Below are positions 14,064-27,900 of a stretch of DNA of 64,000 nt, piece by piece (the stretch's first letter is position 1; every line of letters begins with the position of its first letter). The notes beneath the pieces were generated by a model, which saw only the letters and a list, made by a program, of their open reading frames with translations, made no database searches and had not been told where the DNA came from. Both the position numbers and the translations under genes were made by a program. The stretch is from positions 35,712,001-35,776,000 of the forward strand of contig OX597814.1 in the NCBI GenBank assembly GCA_951406725.2, in the 5' to 3' direction. Origin of the DNA: Octopus vulgaris (lineage: Eukaryota).

Positions 14064-14922
14064 ATTCTTACATTAGACTACAAGGAATTGTGTCATTATT
14101 CTTTCTATGGAATTTTAAGGATTGTTTTAAATAAAGGAAGATAACAAGTAAATCTAGTTACTATGCAAATGCAGCTGGCATTTGAAAACCCAGCCAAGCT
14201 AATCATCGAAAGAACAAGAATATGTTAGAAGTGAAAGATACTACAAAATGAAAAGAGAGATGAGATGTAACAAATGTTTCAGCGTTACAAGTTTTACCAG
14301 CTTGCTGCATTATGTGACTCAACCTAATGGACACTAGATGAGAAGTCATACTTACTAGACTTATTATAAAGAAAAAATCCCCCACAATCACACATAAAAA
14401 CAAACCAAAAAATCTATCCCCTTGACTGTTTTGTATCTTAACAGTCTTTTTATATTTCTTTTGAATTCAAATAAATAACAAAGCATGCGCTCTATCTAGC
14501 CATCTATCCTCTTTCTTAATTGCTCTACTGCTCTCTTTATATTTTAAGTATACAGTCTTGCTTGCTGAGCAAATTTTCCTAGAGATTATCTTTCGATGTT
14601 TTGCCAGCCAACTAACGAAGCAAACAAATCAGCCATCATAGATAACAGTTATTTTGTTTATTGCTGCTATATTCTTTCTTTTTGTGCATAGTTGATTTCA
14701 GAAACATATCATTCCCATGAGTTTTTATGTCTAAATAGACTTTAGAAACACTTTAGATTTGAAAACTTTTATTCTCTTACTGACTTCTTCCCCTTGCTTG
14801 TGGACACAATTGCTATCAATATATATATATATATAAGATGAATGGAGAATAAAAGTTTAACTTAACATATATCATTTCATGTTAGAAGTAACATGTTTTT
14901 GAGCTTACACCCACACACACGT

Positions 14923-14971
<49 letters not shown>

Positions 14972-15624
14972 TGTACATACTTACAAGCATACATACAGAC
15001 ATAAAATATACATACACACACATGTGTGTGTGTGTGTGTGTGTGTGTGTCTGTTTTTGTACATGTATGCATGTATAGTTATTTGTATATTTATATGTAAA
15101 ACGGTTAGTACATCAACATTAAAAGATGTTGCATTTGAATTTCATCACAGAAAGTTTAACCTATTTTCCATTGTTGAGTTAACATTTTCAAATATATACA
15201 TTTTCTTATTATTTCCACAGAAGAATAATGGAGGGCAGACATGGAGAAGTGCTGAATAAAATGGTTTGTAGCATTTAGTGAGGTCCATTTACATTGTGTG
15301 TTCAAATTTTAACTGGGTTGACTTTGTCTTTCATTTACTACAGACCAATATATAAGAGCTAACAGTCAGGTAGGTGCTACAGACAATTCGATTGGCTGTT
15401 TCCTTCCCCAAAACTGTGGCTCTTGTGCCTTTGCAGGATATGAATTTTGAGCTTTCACCGAATCATTTCTTTCATGAAATATTTGCTGAGGAATAGAGTG
15501 GCAACCACTCTCTGATACCATTCCATAGTCCAACCATAAAAAGCAATATTAATATCATGAATATTTTGAGGTGTCATGTAGGCCAGCATTCAAAAATATT
15601 TGTTTTGATTATTGTCAGTAGAAT

Positions 15625-15685
<61 letters not shown>

Positions 15686-15897
15686 TAAATATTAGGGAAT
15701 AAATCCAAACTTACAGGGAAAAATCAGATTTAGGATTGAATCCAATTTTATAGTAAAATATTATATTATATTAAATTAGAGACGAAACCACTATTAGGTA
15801 AATCATACAATGAAAAACTTAAGCCAATACATAAGATTATTTAATTTATATTATTTAAATATATAACAAAATTATTAAAAAAATATAATTAATATAT

Positions 15898-15961
15898 CAC
15901 TACGATCGTTTCATGGCTGTTAATTTCTTTAAATTTTCGAGTTACAGTCATTCATCAGGTG
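15898..15961 (-). ncRNA. Type I hammerhead ribozyme (left arm)
   Basis: Reverse complement of 16016-16079. Confidence 0.75.
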
Positions 15962-16015
15962 GTTTAAATATTTATCTTGGCGAGGTTTAAAGCTCTCCAA
16001 GATAAATATTCAAAC

Positions 16016-16079
16016 CACCTGATGAATGACTGTAACTCGAAAATTTAAAGAAATTAACAGCCATGAAACGATCGTAGTG
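16016..16079 (+). ncRNA. Type I hammerhead ribozyme (right arm)
   Basis: cac-CTGATGA-atgactgt...acagccat-GAAA-cgatcg-TA-gtg; palindromic stem III ACGATCGT, GUA triplet. Confidence 0.75.
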
Positions 16080-16211
16080 ATATATTAATTACATTTTTTA
16101 AATAATTTTGTTATATATTTAAATAATATAAATTAAATAATCTTATGTATTGGCTTAAGTTTTTCATTTTATGATTTGCCTAATAGTGGTTTTGTCTCTA
16201 ATTTAATATAA

Positions 16212-16244
<33 letters not shown>

Positions 16245-16491
16245 GAATATATATATATATATTAAAACATCCTAAATTAAACCAAACAACACATGGCCTT
16301 AATCCCATTGGATCCTAATACCTCAAGGTAATTTTTTCGTGAACAATCATTAAACTCAAGATACACAACGAACTCACAATGTATCGGAGTACTTATTTTT
16401 TAATTTTTATACATATTTATTATTATTCTTTTGCAAAAAACAATGCAACTTTTTTTCCCCTTTCTCATTTTAAAAAACCTTTTCACCTAAC

Positions 16492-16533
16492 TATTCTTGA
16501 TAAGTCAAACTATGACGAAAACCGGTATGAATA
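16492..16533 (+). ncRNA. Minimal type I hammerhead, U3-A8 core variant, in a PLE 3' remnant (~16260-16670)
   Basis: tattc-TTGATAA-gtca-aacta-tgac-GAAA-accggt-a-tgaata; same layout and similar upstream flank as 44160-44197, with an extra base. Confidence 0.55.
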
Positions 16534-16681
16534 AATATATATTTATATAATTTTTCATTTTCTCATTTCATTAAAATTTTCTTTCAATCAAGCATTCTGT
16601 ATTTTTACAATTTTTCCTTGCTTATCATTTCTCCACGTGCGGTCAACACAACCCCACCATTTATTGATCTATATATATGTA

Positions 16682-16905
16682 TATTATGCAATTCAAACAA
16701 TGATAGACCTACGCATTGATGGAAAATAGGCAAAAATTTCTGTGATGAAATTCAAATGCATAAAGTAATTTATGTCTATCATTGTTTAAATTGCATAATA
16801 GTGTTTTTTCTCTAATTTATATATTATATATTTATATTGTGAAATTTGATTTAATACTAAATTGAATTTTTCCCTGTAAGTTTGGAGCTATACTCCCTAA
16901 TATTA
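16682..16905 (+). mobile_element. Short foldback (27-bp arms) plus a pLTR terminus related to 15684-15785
   Basis: tattatgcaattcaaacaatgatagac / gtctatcattgtttaaattgcataata; 16833-16905 is an inverted homologue of 15684-15760 (ccaaacttacagggaaaaat). Confidence 0.6.
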
Positions 16906-17549
16906 TTATTATTATTATTATATATACAAGTACCATGTTAAGTTGGATATAAAGATTATCTTTTGGTATTAATACTGCGTCCATCACTAATAATTAAGTT
17001 TTAATAAGCTTGCTGACTATTTGTGACATAAATGTCTAAAAAAAATGCTGAAATTCTATATATCATATCAGTGAGATCTGACTGTCATAAGGTGACTGGT
17101 GCTTCCCACAGAAGAGATTCAACAGACTGAAATCATGTGATATTGGAATTCTGGCACCCACGACGGATGAATTTTGCTATGGTCTATATGTGAGCTTTTA
17201 TGTCCCAAGCAAATTAATGAGAGGATCTCTCAAGGATAATATTGCAGTATTCAGTGTTCTAAAAAGACATCCATATATAAAGGATATAAAGATTACTTTT
17301 TGGTGTTAATATTGCTTCTGGCACAAGTAATTTATTTATATCATTTGTAGTAGATCTATAATACTGCATATTCTTAGTGATGACGAAATTCAGACTTAAA
17401 GCAATGGTAGTTTGTCTTCAACTACAAATTCTGATATTTGTGAAGGTGTCAACAGTGAAGCAAGTAGGGGTGCCTTACTGAATACCTAACTTCCCTGGGC
17501 ATGGATACATTGAAACTCCAATGTCTAGCAGGTGACTAGGCAGACACCC

Positions 17550-17948
17550 ACAAAATTATTAACTATCTTACAAACAATAACTCTGAGCACCTTTTCAAAC
17601 TCCACCTGTCTAACACCCGTGGACATGTTTACAAAGTCAGAAAGCAGCACAGCTCCCCTGACTTTTGGAAACATTTTTTCATGCTAAGAACTGCTGAAGC
17701 ATGGAACAAACTGCCAGCATCAGTTGTTAGTTGTCAGAGCACTGCATCCTTCAAAACGTCCATGCTTCCTGAGATTTGCCAACACTACACCTTATTTTCT
17801 CCCCTCCATACATAAGCAAGCATGTATCTGACTCATTCACTGTTCACTTCCCAGACATTTGTACATTACTGCATATTCTTTATACTCAGTTTTGACAAGT
17901 TGTGGTGCACCTGAGCTCTGTATACATTAATTTTATTATTATTATTAT
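17550..17948 (+). mobile_element. CR1-type LINE 3' fragment
   Basis: Translates to NTRGHVYKVRKQ...KHFFMLRTAEAWNKLPASVV...SFK, the typical CR1 ORF2 C-terminus; ends in a (TAT)n tail. Confidence 0.8.
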
Positions 17949-20384
17949 ATATGAAATCTGCACTTGTGTGTACTGTCCTGTCTGACCCTGAGCAAGAAGA
18001 ATGAGAACCCTTTGCTGCTGCACATAGTGTTAAGAGGATAGTAGCATATCACTGAGTATGTAGAGATCATGCATCACATTAACACTAGAGTTGTGTTTGT
18101 GACAAGATGGTTTTTCCTAAATAGAATATGAATATACTACGTGGACTATTGAGTGGTTAAATGAAGGTCCCCATGAACATCAAAAAACTTTTGTGAAAAT
18201 TTGCATTCAACATAGAGCCCCAGACATATGGGATACACATTATAACAAGTTATCTTGAAAGGAGAATAACTTCATTGAAATAAGACTGTTTACACTAAAA
18301 ATAGCATTGTATTTCTAAAACAGATAGCTCACATAAATTCATGAACTATATTTTGATATTTTGCGATCAAAATTAAATTAATTCATCACTCATTAAACAA
18401 AGACTTGAAAAATATGGTTTGATAACATTACTTGGAAAAATATTTTCATTTGCTCCAAGATTGTTTTAATTTGCTTGAGTTTATTATAATTTGTACTTGA
18501 AAAGTATAAATAGTTGATTACATCATCCAAGTATTTACTTCATCTGTTATCAATTTCAGACAAATGAAACTCAAAGTTGGTCAAGCAGGGTTTGACTTCC
18601 AAACATAGAAATGTAACCAAATGTTATTAGAAGCTAATTTGGTCTGTATACTGATCTCTAAAACTAGCACGACACCACAAAATGTGGATCCTAAGCATCA
18701 AGTAGAAAGTCAAATATGTTTTGGATTACATGAAAAGGGACTAAGAACCATAATGATTTCATTATCGAAACCTTTCTACAGTTACTGACATTTTTCTATA
18801 CCGGAAAATCACAGGCAGTCATCAAAGTAGGACCTCTTAATTTCCCTATGAGGTACAGTTACTCTTTTGAATGACTTCTTCATCCTTCGCAATGAAATTT
18901 GAAGGTCTGATTTAAAATATTTAGGGATTTCACATGTATTGGAAAACAAAAGTAATCAATAATAAATTCAATATCAAGTAAATTAATCAATTAACATTAC
19001 TTTTATTTAAGAGGTTAGAATTTTGAGGTCTACCTAAAAAGTTTAGCAGAAGAAATAATTAATTAAAAGTATTTGATAGAATCAGAATGCAGAAGATGAA
19101 GAAGATAATAGTTAATAAAAGGCCAAAAATGAAAGAGAAAATTCATAACCCGAGAGAGATTTTGTCCAAGAAAATATAATTTAAAAATTAGTTCTAAATG
19201 TTACCTGTATTAATAATGAAGCAAGCAATAAACTCTGTTGCATAGACATATAAAAAAAATATTTCTCCAAGGTATTCTATCTCAGACAATTTCATAATAT
19301 TGGAATAGTTGAACAAATGAAATAAACATTTCAGTCTCAGAGTACACACTATGTATATGTCTGTATCTTAAGAGAGAGACGGGAGGAAGGAGAAAGAGGC
19401 AAACAAACAGAGGAGAGGAAGTGAGAGAAAACGAGAGAAAGAGAGAAAAGGTGAAGGAATGAGAGCGGAACAGAGTGAGAGAGAAAATCAAAATGAGATG
19501 ATATTTTCAGGAAAGTAAAAGATGAAAGATGCTATCTTCTTCAATATATTCATAAATATTTTCCTTCTATTTTTAACATTGTTTGGAGTTGCTGTTGATG
19601 TTTAGCCCTGTGTCAACCTTAGTCAAGCAGAGAGATAAACACATTCAAGCTGTGGCCATCCTATGCTAGGGCTGTTTGGTTAAAAGTTATCATCCTCATC
19701 ATCCTCATCATCCTCATCATCATCATCATCATCATCATCATCGTCGTCATCATCATCATCATCATCATCATCGTCGTCATCATCATCATCATTTAACATT
19801 CACTTATCCATCCTCTTATGGATCAGATGAAGTTCATTATGTCAGATTTTCTGTGGCTGGATATCCTTTCTGTTGCCATCCTTCACTTGTCTCAGAGAAA
19901 GGAAATCTTTCCCCATGGGGCAGGCATAGTTGTGTGGTAATAAGCTTGCTTTCCTAACCACATGGTTCTGGGTTCAATCCCACTGCCTGTCATGTTGGGC
20001 AGGTGTCTTCTACTGTAGCATGGGTTGAACAAAGCCTTGTGAGTGTATTTGGTAGACAGAAACTGAAAGAAAGCTGTTGTGTATGTATATATATATATAT
20101 AGTAAATACCCCAAAACGAAGAAAAAACACAAAAAAAAACAAGGGGTCAAAATTGGTAACACAAACAAGACAGTGAAAACAAACAGGAAGGGATACTAAG
20201 CCTAAATGCGGTTGTGGTGGTGAGCACATAAATCAAGCTTGGACAGGAGACAAACAAAAAGACATCTTCCTTGTTCCAGTTACAACGGAGAGAAAAAAAA
20301 GAAAGATGGCCGATGGTCACGTTGGAGCCAGGTGAGCAAGGGAGGAGGAGTGAGGGATAGAGAGTGGTGAGTGGGCAATCGATT

Positions 20385-20540
20385 AGATGAACCCCAGTAT
20401 GCAACTGGTACTTAATTTATCAACTCTGAAAGGATGAAGGCAAAGTCGACCTCGATGGAATTTGAACTTGGAATGTAAAAACAGATGAAATACTGCTAAG
20501 CATTTCGCCCAGCATACTAGCGTCTCTGCCAGCTCACTAC
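20385..20540 (-). mobile_element. SINE family C fragment (other pieces at 1-80, 340-440, 47195-47408, 59000-59150)
   Basis: accccagtatgcaactggtacttaatttatc...gaaggcaaagtcgac shared with 55575-55970. Confidence 0.7.
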
Positions 20541-21010
20541 CCTGTTCTCACAGAATATTGGAAATGAATGATGCTGCTTTTATGACAGTGACAATCATCT
20601 ACAACTAGCATGTGATGTCAAGGCAAGGAAATACAAACATATATATATATATTCGTTCCCAGTCGAAAGACACCTGTTGTTATGTCCTGTTCTTCTTCTT
20701 ATTATTATTGTTTTTTTATTGTATTTTGTATTTATATTCGTGTAACATCGTCTGTTTTTCCGTCCTTGTTTCATATACATTTCCAAGGAATCTAATGCTC
20801 TTAGCTTAGTTTTTCCTTGCGGCTGACCAGATTGGAGCAATCTCAAGATTAATCAGCTGAAATTGCGAGGATGGTCAGGTTCTTGACTGAAGATAAAAGG
20901 CTTCGAATGACCCGTCCATGTTCTATTTTGTATCATCTATCTGGGTGTTTTGTTGTCCCATTTTGAGTTCTTGTCCCATTTTGTATTTTATTATATATAT
21001 ATAGACACTT

Positions 21011-22011
21011 CATCATCATCATCATCATCATCATCGTTTAGCGTCCGTTTTCCATGCTAGCATGGGTTGGACGGTTCTACTGGGGTCTGTGAAGCCAGAA
21101 GGCTTCATCAGGCCCAGTCAAATCTGGCAGTGTTTCTACTGCTGGATGCCCTTCCTAACACCAACCACTCCGTGAGTGTAGTGGGTGCTTTTTACGTGCC
21201 ACCCGCACTGGTGCCAGACAGAGCTGGCAAACGGCCACGAACGGATGGTGCTTTTTATGTGCCACCGGCACGAGGGCCAGGCGAGGCTGGCAACGGACAC
21301 GAAACGGGGCGGTGCTGGCAACGGTCGTAAAACGGAAAGTTCTCTTACATGCCACCGGCACTGGTAACACATCTGCAATTTCCATTGATCGATTTCCATT
21401 CATCGATTTCGATTCTGATCTTCACTTGCCTCAACGGGTCTTCACAAGTAGAGTTTCGACATGCCACCGGCACTGGTAACACATCCGCAATTTCCATTGA
21501 TCGATTTCGATTCTGATCCTCACTTGTCTCAACACGTCTTCACATGTAGAGTTTTGTGTCCCAAGAAGGGAAGGTATGCATACGTAGGCTAGCTCCATCC
21601 CATGTAGAAGGCCACGGGTTATGGACTCACTTGTCCTGCCGGGTCTTCTCGCGCACAGCACACTTCCAGAGGTCTCGGTCTCTAGTCATTTCCTCAGTGA
21701 GACCTAAAGTTCGAAGGTCGTGCTTCACCACCTCGTCCCAGGTTTTCCTGGGTCTGCCTCTTCCACAGGTTCCCTCAAGCGCTAGGATGTGGCACTTTTT
21801 CACACAACTATCTTCATCCATTCTCACCACATGACCATACCAGTGCAAACATCTATCTTGCACACCACAACTGATGCTTCTTAGGTCCAGCTTTTCTCTC
21901 AAGGTACTTACACTCTGCCGAGTGTGAGTACCGGCATTACACATCCATCGGAGCATACTGGCTTCATTTCTTGCGAGCTTACGCATATCCTCAGCAGTCA
22001 CGGCCCATGTT
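21011..22011 (-). mobile_element. RTE-clade LINE, 5'-truncated 3' fragment with (GAT)n tail
   Basis: ORF 21627-22010: TWAVTAED..EASMLRWMC..LHWYGHVVRM..GRGRPRKTWDEVVKHDL..DRDLWK; 3' UTR ends aaacgatgatgat. Confidence 0.9.
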
Positions 22012-22797
22012 ATATACACATATGTCTGTAGTAAAAGTAGACACTTACCCAAGCTTACCTAAGGTGTGCTTCAGTGCTTCAGTGGGACTGAACCTGGAAC
22101 CATGTGATTATGAAGCAAACTTCTTACCACACAATCAGCTGTCAGAGCCATGTCTGTGCCTATAAAATGAAATATCAGAACAGTACTGTACTGATCTAAT
22201 TGACTACCAAAATTTGTGGTCTTGTCGTTGATAATGTTTAGTGTCAAGTCAGCCATAATCAAACAGGTAACACATCTCATCCACGACCATTCAGCCCTGT
22301 TGTATATTTAGAACTATAGTTTTCAATATATCTTTCCTGTTTTAAGAACACAATGAGTCATTCAAGGGATATTTGGCTACCATTTCTAGCATGTTACGTT
22401 ATTGATGATGTTTCCGTATTGCTGTACTTCAAAGTCTTTATTTTACTAACCAGACCAAGTAATCTATTTTCAAATTTATTTTGTATCACATTCAGTGAAT
22501 AATAATGTTGTTGGTTACAGGTGTTTAATAAACCATTTCAGACGGGGGGAGTGTCTGTGCAACTCAGGTGGAACAAATACAACACTATATATATTTTTTT
22601 AATTCATAAACACCATTTTTCTGGTTTTCTCACCAATCTTTACATCTTATGCCAATATAGAACACAACAGTGAAACACAAACTCATAACAAGTATATATA
22701 TATATAAATATATATATATGTATAACACCATGATCATCATGATCGTAATCATCATTTAACATCCATCTTCCTTACTGGCATCGGTATACATACATAC

Positions 22798-22828
<31 letters not shown>

Positions 22829-23563
22829 CATACATACATACATACATACACACACACACATATATATATATATATACACATATATTCTTTTATTCTTTTA
22901 TTTATTTCAGTCATTTGACTGTGGCCGTGCTGGGGCACTACCTTTAGTTGAACAAATTGATCCTAGTACTTATTCTATTGGTATCTTTTGCTGAACTGCT
23001 AAGTTATGGCGATGTAAACACACCAACATCAGTTGTCAATCTATGGTGGGGGAGACAAACACAGACACACAAACACACACACAAACACACACACACACGC
23101 ATATAAAATCATTATCATTTGATGTCTGTAATCTATGTTGGCATAGGTTGGATGGTTTAACAGGATCTGAAGTGCTGCTGTGTTGTGCTGAGTTCCAGTA
23201 TCCAGCTTTGATCTGGGTTCTATGGCTGGAAGCCCTTCCTAATCTGTATATACAAATGCATATATATAGTGATATATATATATATGTAAATATATGTATA
23301 TATATATGCATACACACGCGTACACACACACATATATATATAAATGTATATATATATATGCATACACACACATGCTACTACATATATAATAATATATAAT
23401 ACATACATATATATTTATATATATATATACATATAAACATATATAATGTATGATATATAGTATATATATATACACATATACATACATGCATATACTTAGT
23501 CACACATTAACACACAAATACAAATATATATATATGTGTGTGTGTGTGTATATATGTATATAT

Positions 23564-23654
<91 letters not shown>

Positions 23655-23775
23655 TATATAAGTGTGTGCACACGTGTGTGTGTGAAAGGCTCTCATGAAA
23701 TTTCTATCAACAAAATTCTATTCACATTGATCTGGTAAATCCAAGACTACAGTAAAACACTTTCCTGAGGAACCA
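23655..23775 (+). repeat. Local direct repeat (~110 bp; copy at 24970-25078)
   Basis: gtgaaaggctctcatgaaatttctatca.caaaattctatt...ggtaaatccaagactaca.taaaacact in both copies. Confidence 0.85.
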
Positions 23776-24568
23776 TGCAGCATTATCAAACCCAGAACCA
23801 CAACACTGCAAATCAAACTTCGTAAGCATTACAGCCATACCTGCACCATTTGTCCATCTTTGTGTCCATCTCTATATATTATGGAATATTTTTGAAGCTG
23901 CAAATGCAATTCTGCATTATTGATGCATATCCCATTGTATTATTGTTGCCACTATTTTCATTTAGTCATTTAGTACCATAAATCTTGATTCAGCATTGCT
24001 TTTATTGGCTTGAGTTAGCACTTATTGTAGCAGTTATTACAGTCAAGTATAGTATGAGTTGTCCTTGTTACTATTTTTCCACTGGCTGGTCAATAGCGAA
24101 AAATATATTAAACTACTTGTAAACTTATACAGAGGACATAGAAAAGACTTTGTATGCATTGAAGCATGATACAGTAGAGTGAAAGTCTCCTTCACAAGAT
24201 AATCTAACCTAACATATAGGTGTATCTATGCACTGTAATAATGATATGTATATCCCTGAACTTGTAAAGCATAATAATAAGCATCATGATAAACATCACC
24301 ATTACTTCTGGCACCACTACCCATATGTGATGATATATAATACGTATTTTAGCCAAATAGGGTGGATTGATAAGGTCAATAAACATGCTAGAAATAGCAA
24401 CCGAATCTCTTTTAAATAACACACTTCTGGTTTATGTAAAAGTAGAAACCCTAAAACTAAGAACAGTTCTATTTTGCTGCTCGGTATTTATCCAAAATTC
24501 AGATCATGCATAAAATCATTTGAGTTTTATACAAGAAAAGTCATTGAATATATATATATGTATATATA

Positions 24569-24640
<72 letters not shown>

Positions 24641-24643
<3 letters not shown>

Positions 24644-24955
24644 TCATCATCATCATCGTTTAGCATCCACTTTCCATGCTAGCATGGGTTGGAGGGTTCA
24701 ACTGGGGTCTGGGAAGCCAGAAGGCTGCACCAGGCCCAGTCTGATCTGGCAATGTTTCTACGGCTGGATGCCCTTCCTTAAGCCAACCACTCCGTGAGTG
24801 TAGTGGGTGCTTTTTACATGCCACTGGCACAGGTGCAAGACGAGGCTGGCAAACGGCCACGATCGGATGGTGCTTTTTATGTGCCACCAGCACGGGGGCC
24901 AGGCAAGGCTGGCAACAGCCACGATCGGATGGTGCTTTTTACGTGCCACCGGCAT
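24641..24955 (-). mobile_element. RTE 3' UTR-only insertion, in (TA)n
   Basis: catcatcgtttagcatccactttccatgctagcatgggttgg matches 21011-21330. Confidence 0.85.
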
Positions 24956-27900
24956 ATATATATATATATATATAAGTGTGTGTGTGTGAAAGGCTCTCAT
25001 GAAATTTCTATCAGCAAAATTCTATTTGCATTGAACTGGTAAATCCAAGACTACAATAAAACACTATTTCTTGAGGAAAATATTATATGAAAATATTGTG
25101 TTACAATTAATGAATTGTTGGTTGATTACCAAAATCTTCAAATTTGTGCATTGAGTCATGTGAAGACATGCCCGTTGACTAATATCTGTTGTTGACTGTA
25201 GCTAAATGATGGGAAAATGGCTCTGACTTACATCATAGATGTATTTTGCCTGGCACTTATAACAATTCTATCTCACTCTGCTCTGCAAATGTAATTGAAT
25301 GTATTTCTTGCTTACATCCCTCTTCTACAGATTCCTGTAGTAATTACTAGAAGAGGGTTATAATTAATTGAACTGACCCTGAAGTAAACATGAAGCTGAT
25401 GAGAGAGCTTTTACATGGTCAATCACATAATTAGAAATAGTAACCAAATTTCCTCCAACCACCATCATACCATGCCAGAAGAAAATCAGTGTGATAGTCA
25501 CAGCTGGAATGCTTTTGATCCATCTGCTCAATGAAAGGTGATTTGATGCTAAAAACCAACAACCTCCTTGCTAAGTCTGTTAAAAGAGACAGTAATCATG
25601 ACCTTTGTAAACCCTGCAAGACCAATGAGCTTGATGTCATTAATGTTCTGTTTAAGTTATCACAGGTCAACACTTAACAAGAAAGACATAAGCTGGGGAT
25701 GATTACAGAGGGAAGTTCTGGGGAAGAAGGATTTGACATTTTATTGTAATAGTCTTTACTTTAGTTGCCATACCCATGGATGCTGCTTCTCCACTTTGTA
25801 CTGAATTGTAATGAAAATTATGATTAAATAAAATAAGTTGTCAGGCTTGAAGAGTAAGAGGTAAGAACAAGGCTGGTTTAATTTCTAATTTGATTCTAAA
25901 ATGTGTAAATATTTCTTTTTGTTTATACTTCTAATATCAAAGAAGGAATGAATATCAAAAGCTTAATGTCAATAGAATTAACCAAACAGTATCAGTCATA
26001 AAGACAACTGATATTGATTTCAAAATTGGGTGAGTCAATAAATATTTAGTGCATCTTTTTCACGTAGGTGTAATATTATGGGGCCAATGAAGGAATTTGA
26101 GCATGGTTGCTCAACCCATTAGGAAAAACTGGAAAATTTCCCTCAGAGCATATCCTACACGCATCAAAGAATGAGGCACACAACTGTATGTTGACTTATA
26201 TATACAAAAGTATGGGATGGTCATTACTATAATGCATTTGATCCAATGTAAACTTGAGCAGAGCCAATCTGAGGCGAAATAGAAACAACCTAGAATGGTG
26301 TGATACCATACGTTGCATATATGAATAACATAATCAGTGTCTATATTTAACATAGTGAGATGTACTTAGTTGTATGTACAAACTGCACATCTTAATCATT
26401 ATGTATAAGCATGCATCATGTTTCAAAATGTACAACTCACTTTTTATCACCTGTTTTCTTTTTGAGTCAAAAAACACAGTTCATTGGGCCCTTGTCCACA
26501 GGTTATCATAAAGATTCATTGATAAATTCATTTTTTATGTGTTTTCAATTGTAGCAGAACATGTTTTATATCAAGAAGGAGAATGTGGATGATCTATACA
26601 CAAGCTTAATCCATAAAATACAATACTCATACTGGATTTTTGTATATGGATTTTAGAAACAGTTTCAAATCACTCCTCACCTGGACACTTCTATTAAGTT
26701 GATGTATTCAATATATGCCTCATCATCCAAGAACTCAATGGAGTATTTGATTCTTGTTGTAGTGGAAAATCAGTCAAGTGTTTTAGGACCATTTCCTGCT
26801 TAATGTCGTATATTCTCCTTCCCTCCATTCCCTCACTCCATCAACAATTTGTGGAGAATGCTCTAAATAACTATATATGAAATGGATGTTTGATGTTATA
26901 TTGCAGCATTGAGCTTGAATAACAATGATCAAAATTTTCATAACGTCTGTGTAATTCTTAGATTTAATATTGTGCAAGAAGTTTGAGGCAAATCCACTTA
27001 ATGCATTCCTTTTAACTATTTTCATTGTATATATGTTGACTAATCTGAAAGCCATTAAAGTTTACAGATTTCAGTTTTTCATCAGTTAAAGTAGGAAATT
27101 TCAGGAAAAAATGTATTTGAAACAGTTGCCATTTGTATCTAAAACTGTCTCATCAGAGCAAGTTATATATAAAATGGCAGTAATAAGATTTTATTTGAAT
27201 AAGTTAAAAGCTTAATTTGGCTATTTCTCGGCTTACTTAAATTCTTTTCTTATTAGTCATTTCTATCTTACCTAGTGCTCCTGGATTGCTTAACTGCTAC
27301 ACAAAAATTTATACCCAAAATTGTGACAAGGTGTCTTCCTGACAAGCTGATTACATGACAATAAACATGTGACAAGGTAATTACACAACAATAAACACAG
27401 TACTTTAAAATATCACATAATAACCAAAACTTGCTGATTATGTATTTGAATTTAATCATTATTATTTTTATAGTTTCTCAACAAGAATAAAAAGAAATAA
27501 CTGATATTTTGATATTTTAATAACTTTTAATAGACATACACAATAACAAATAGAAATTGATGAAAATTGCATTGATGAAAATTTATTCTCTTCTCTAAAA
27601 GAAGACATTTTTCAGACTGATGTTTGAATTGTTCATAAGCAATCTTTATTCACTTGATTCATATTGACAAATGACAGTATTCAAAATATGTCTTTTCACA
27701 TTGAAAACTAATCCAGTCACTAATTTGAAAACATTTTAACAAAAGTTTTTCCTTTATTTCTGTATAAGACAAATTTTCTGAAGTTAATTATGAGGTCTGT
27801 CAAAGAAAATAGATTGGTTTATGGTTATGTAAGTAATTTTTATGTTTATGATCAAATCTTACATCAACACCAACCAGTTCTTTATTATTTACATTCTATT

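Larger units (their letters stand above)
15765..16215. mobile_element. Foldback (inverted pLTR) element with ~220-bp arms and twin divergent hammerheads, in a (TA)n context
   Basis: 15765-~15985 is the reverse complement of ~15993-16215 with few mismatches. Confidence 0.85.
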
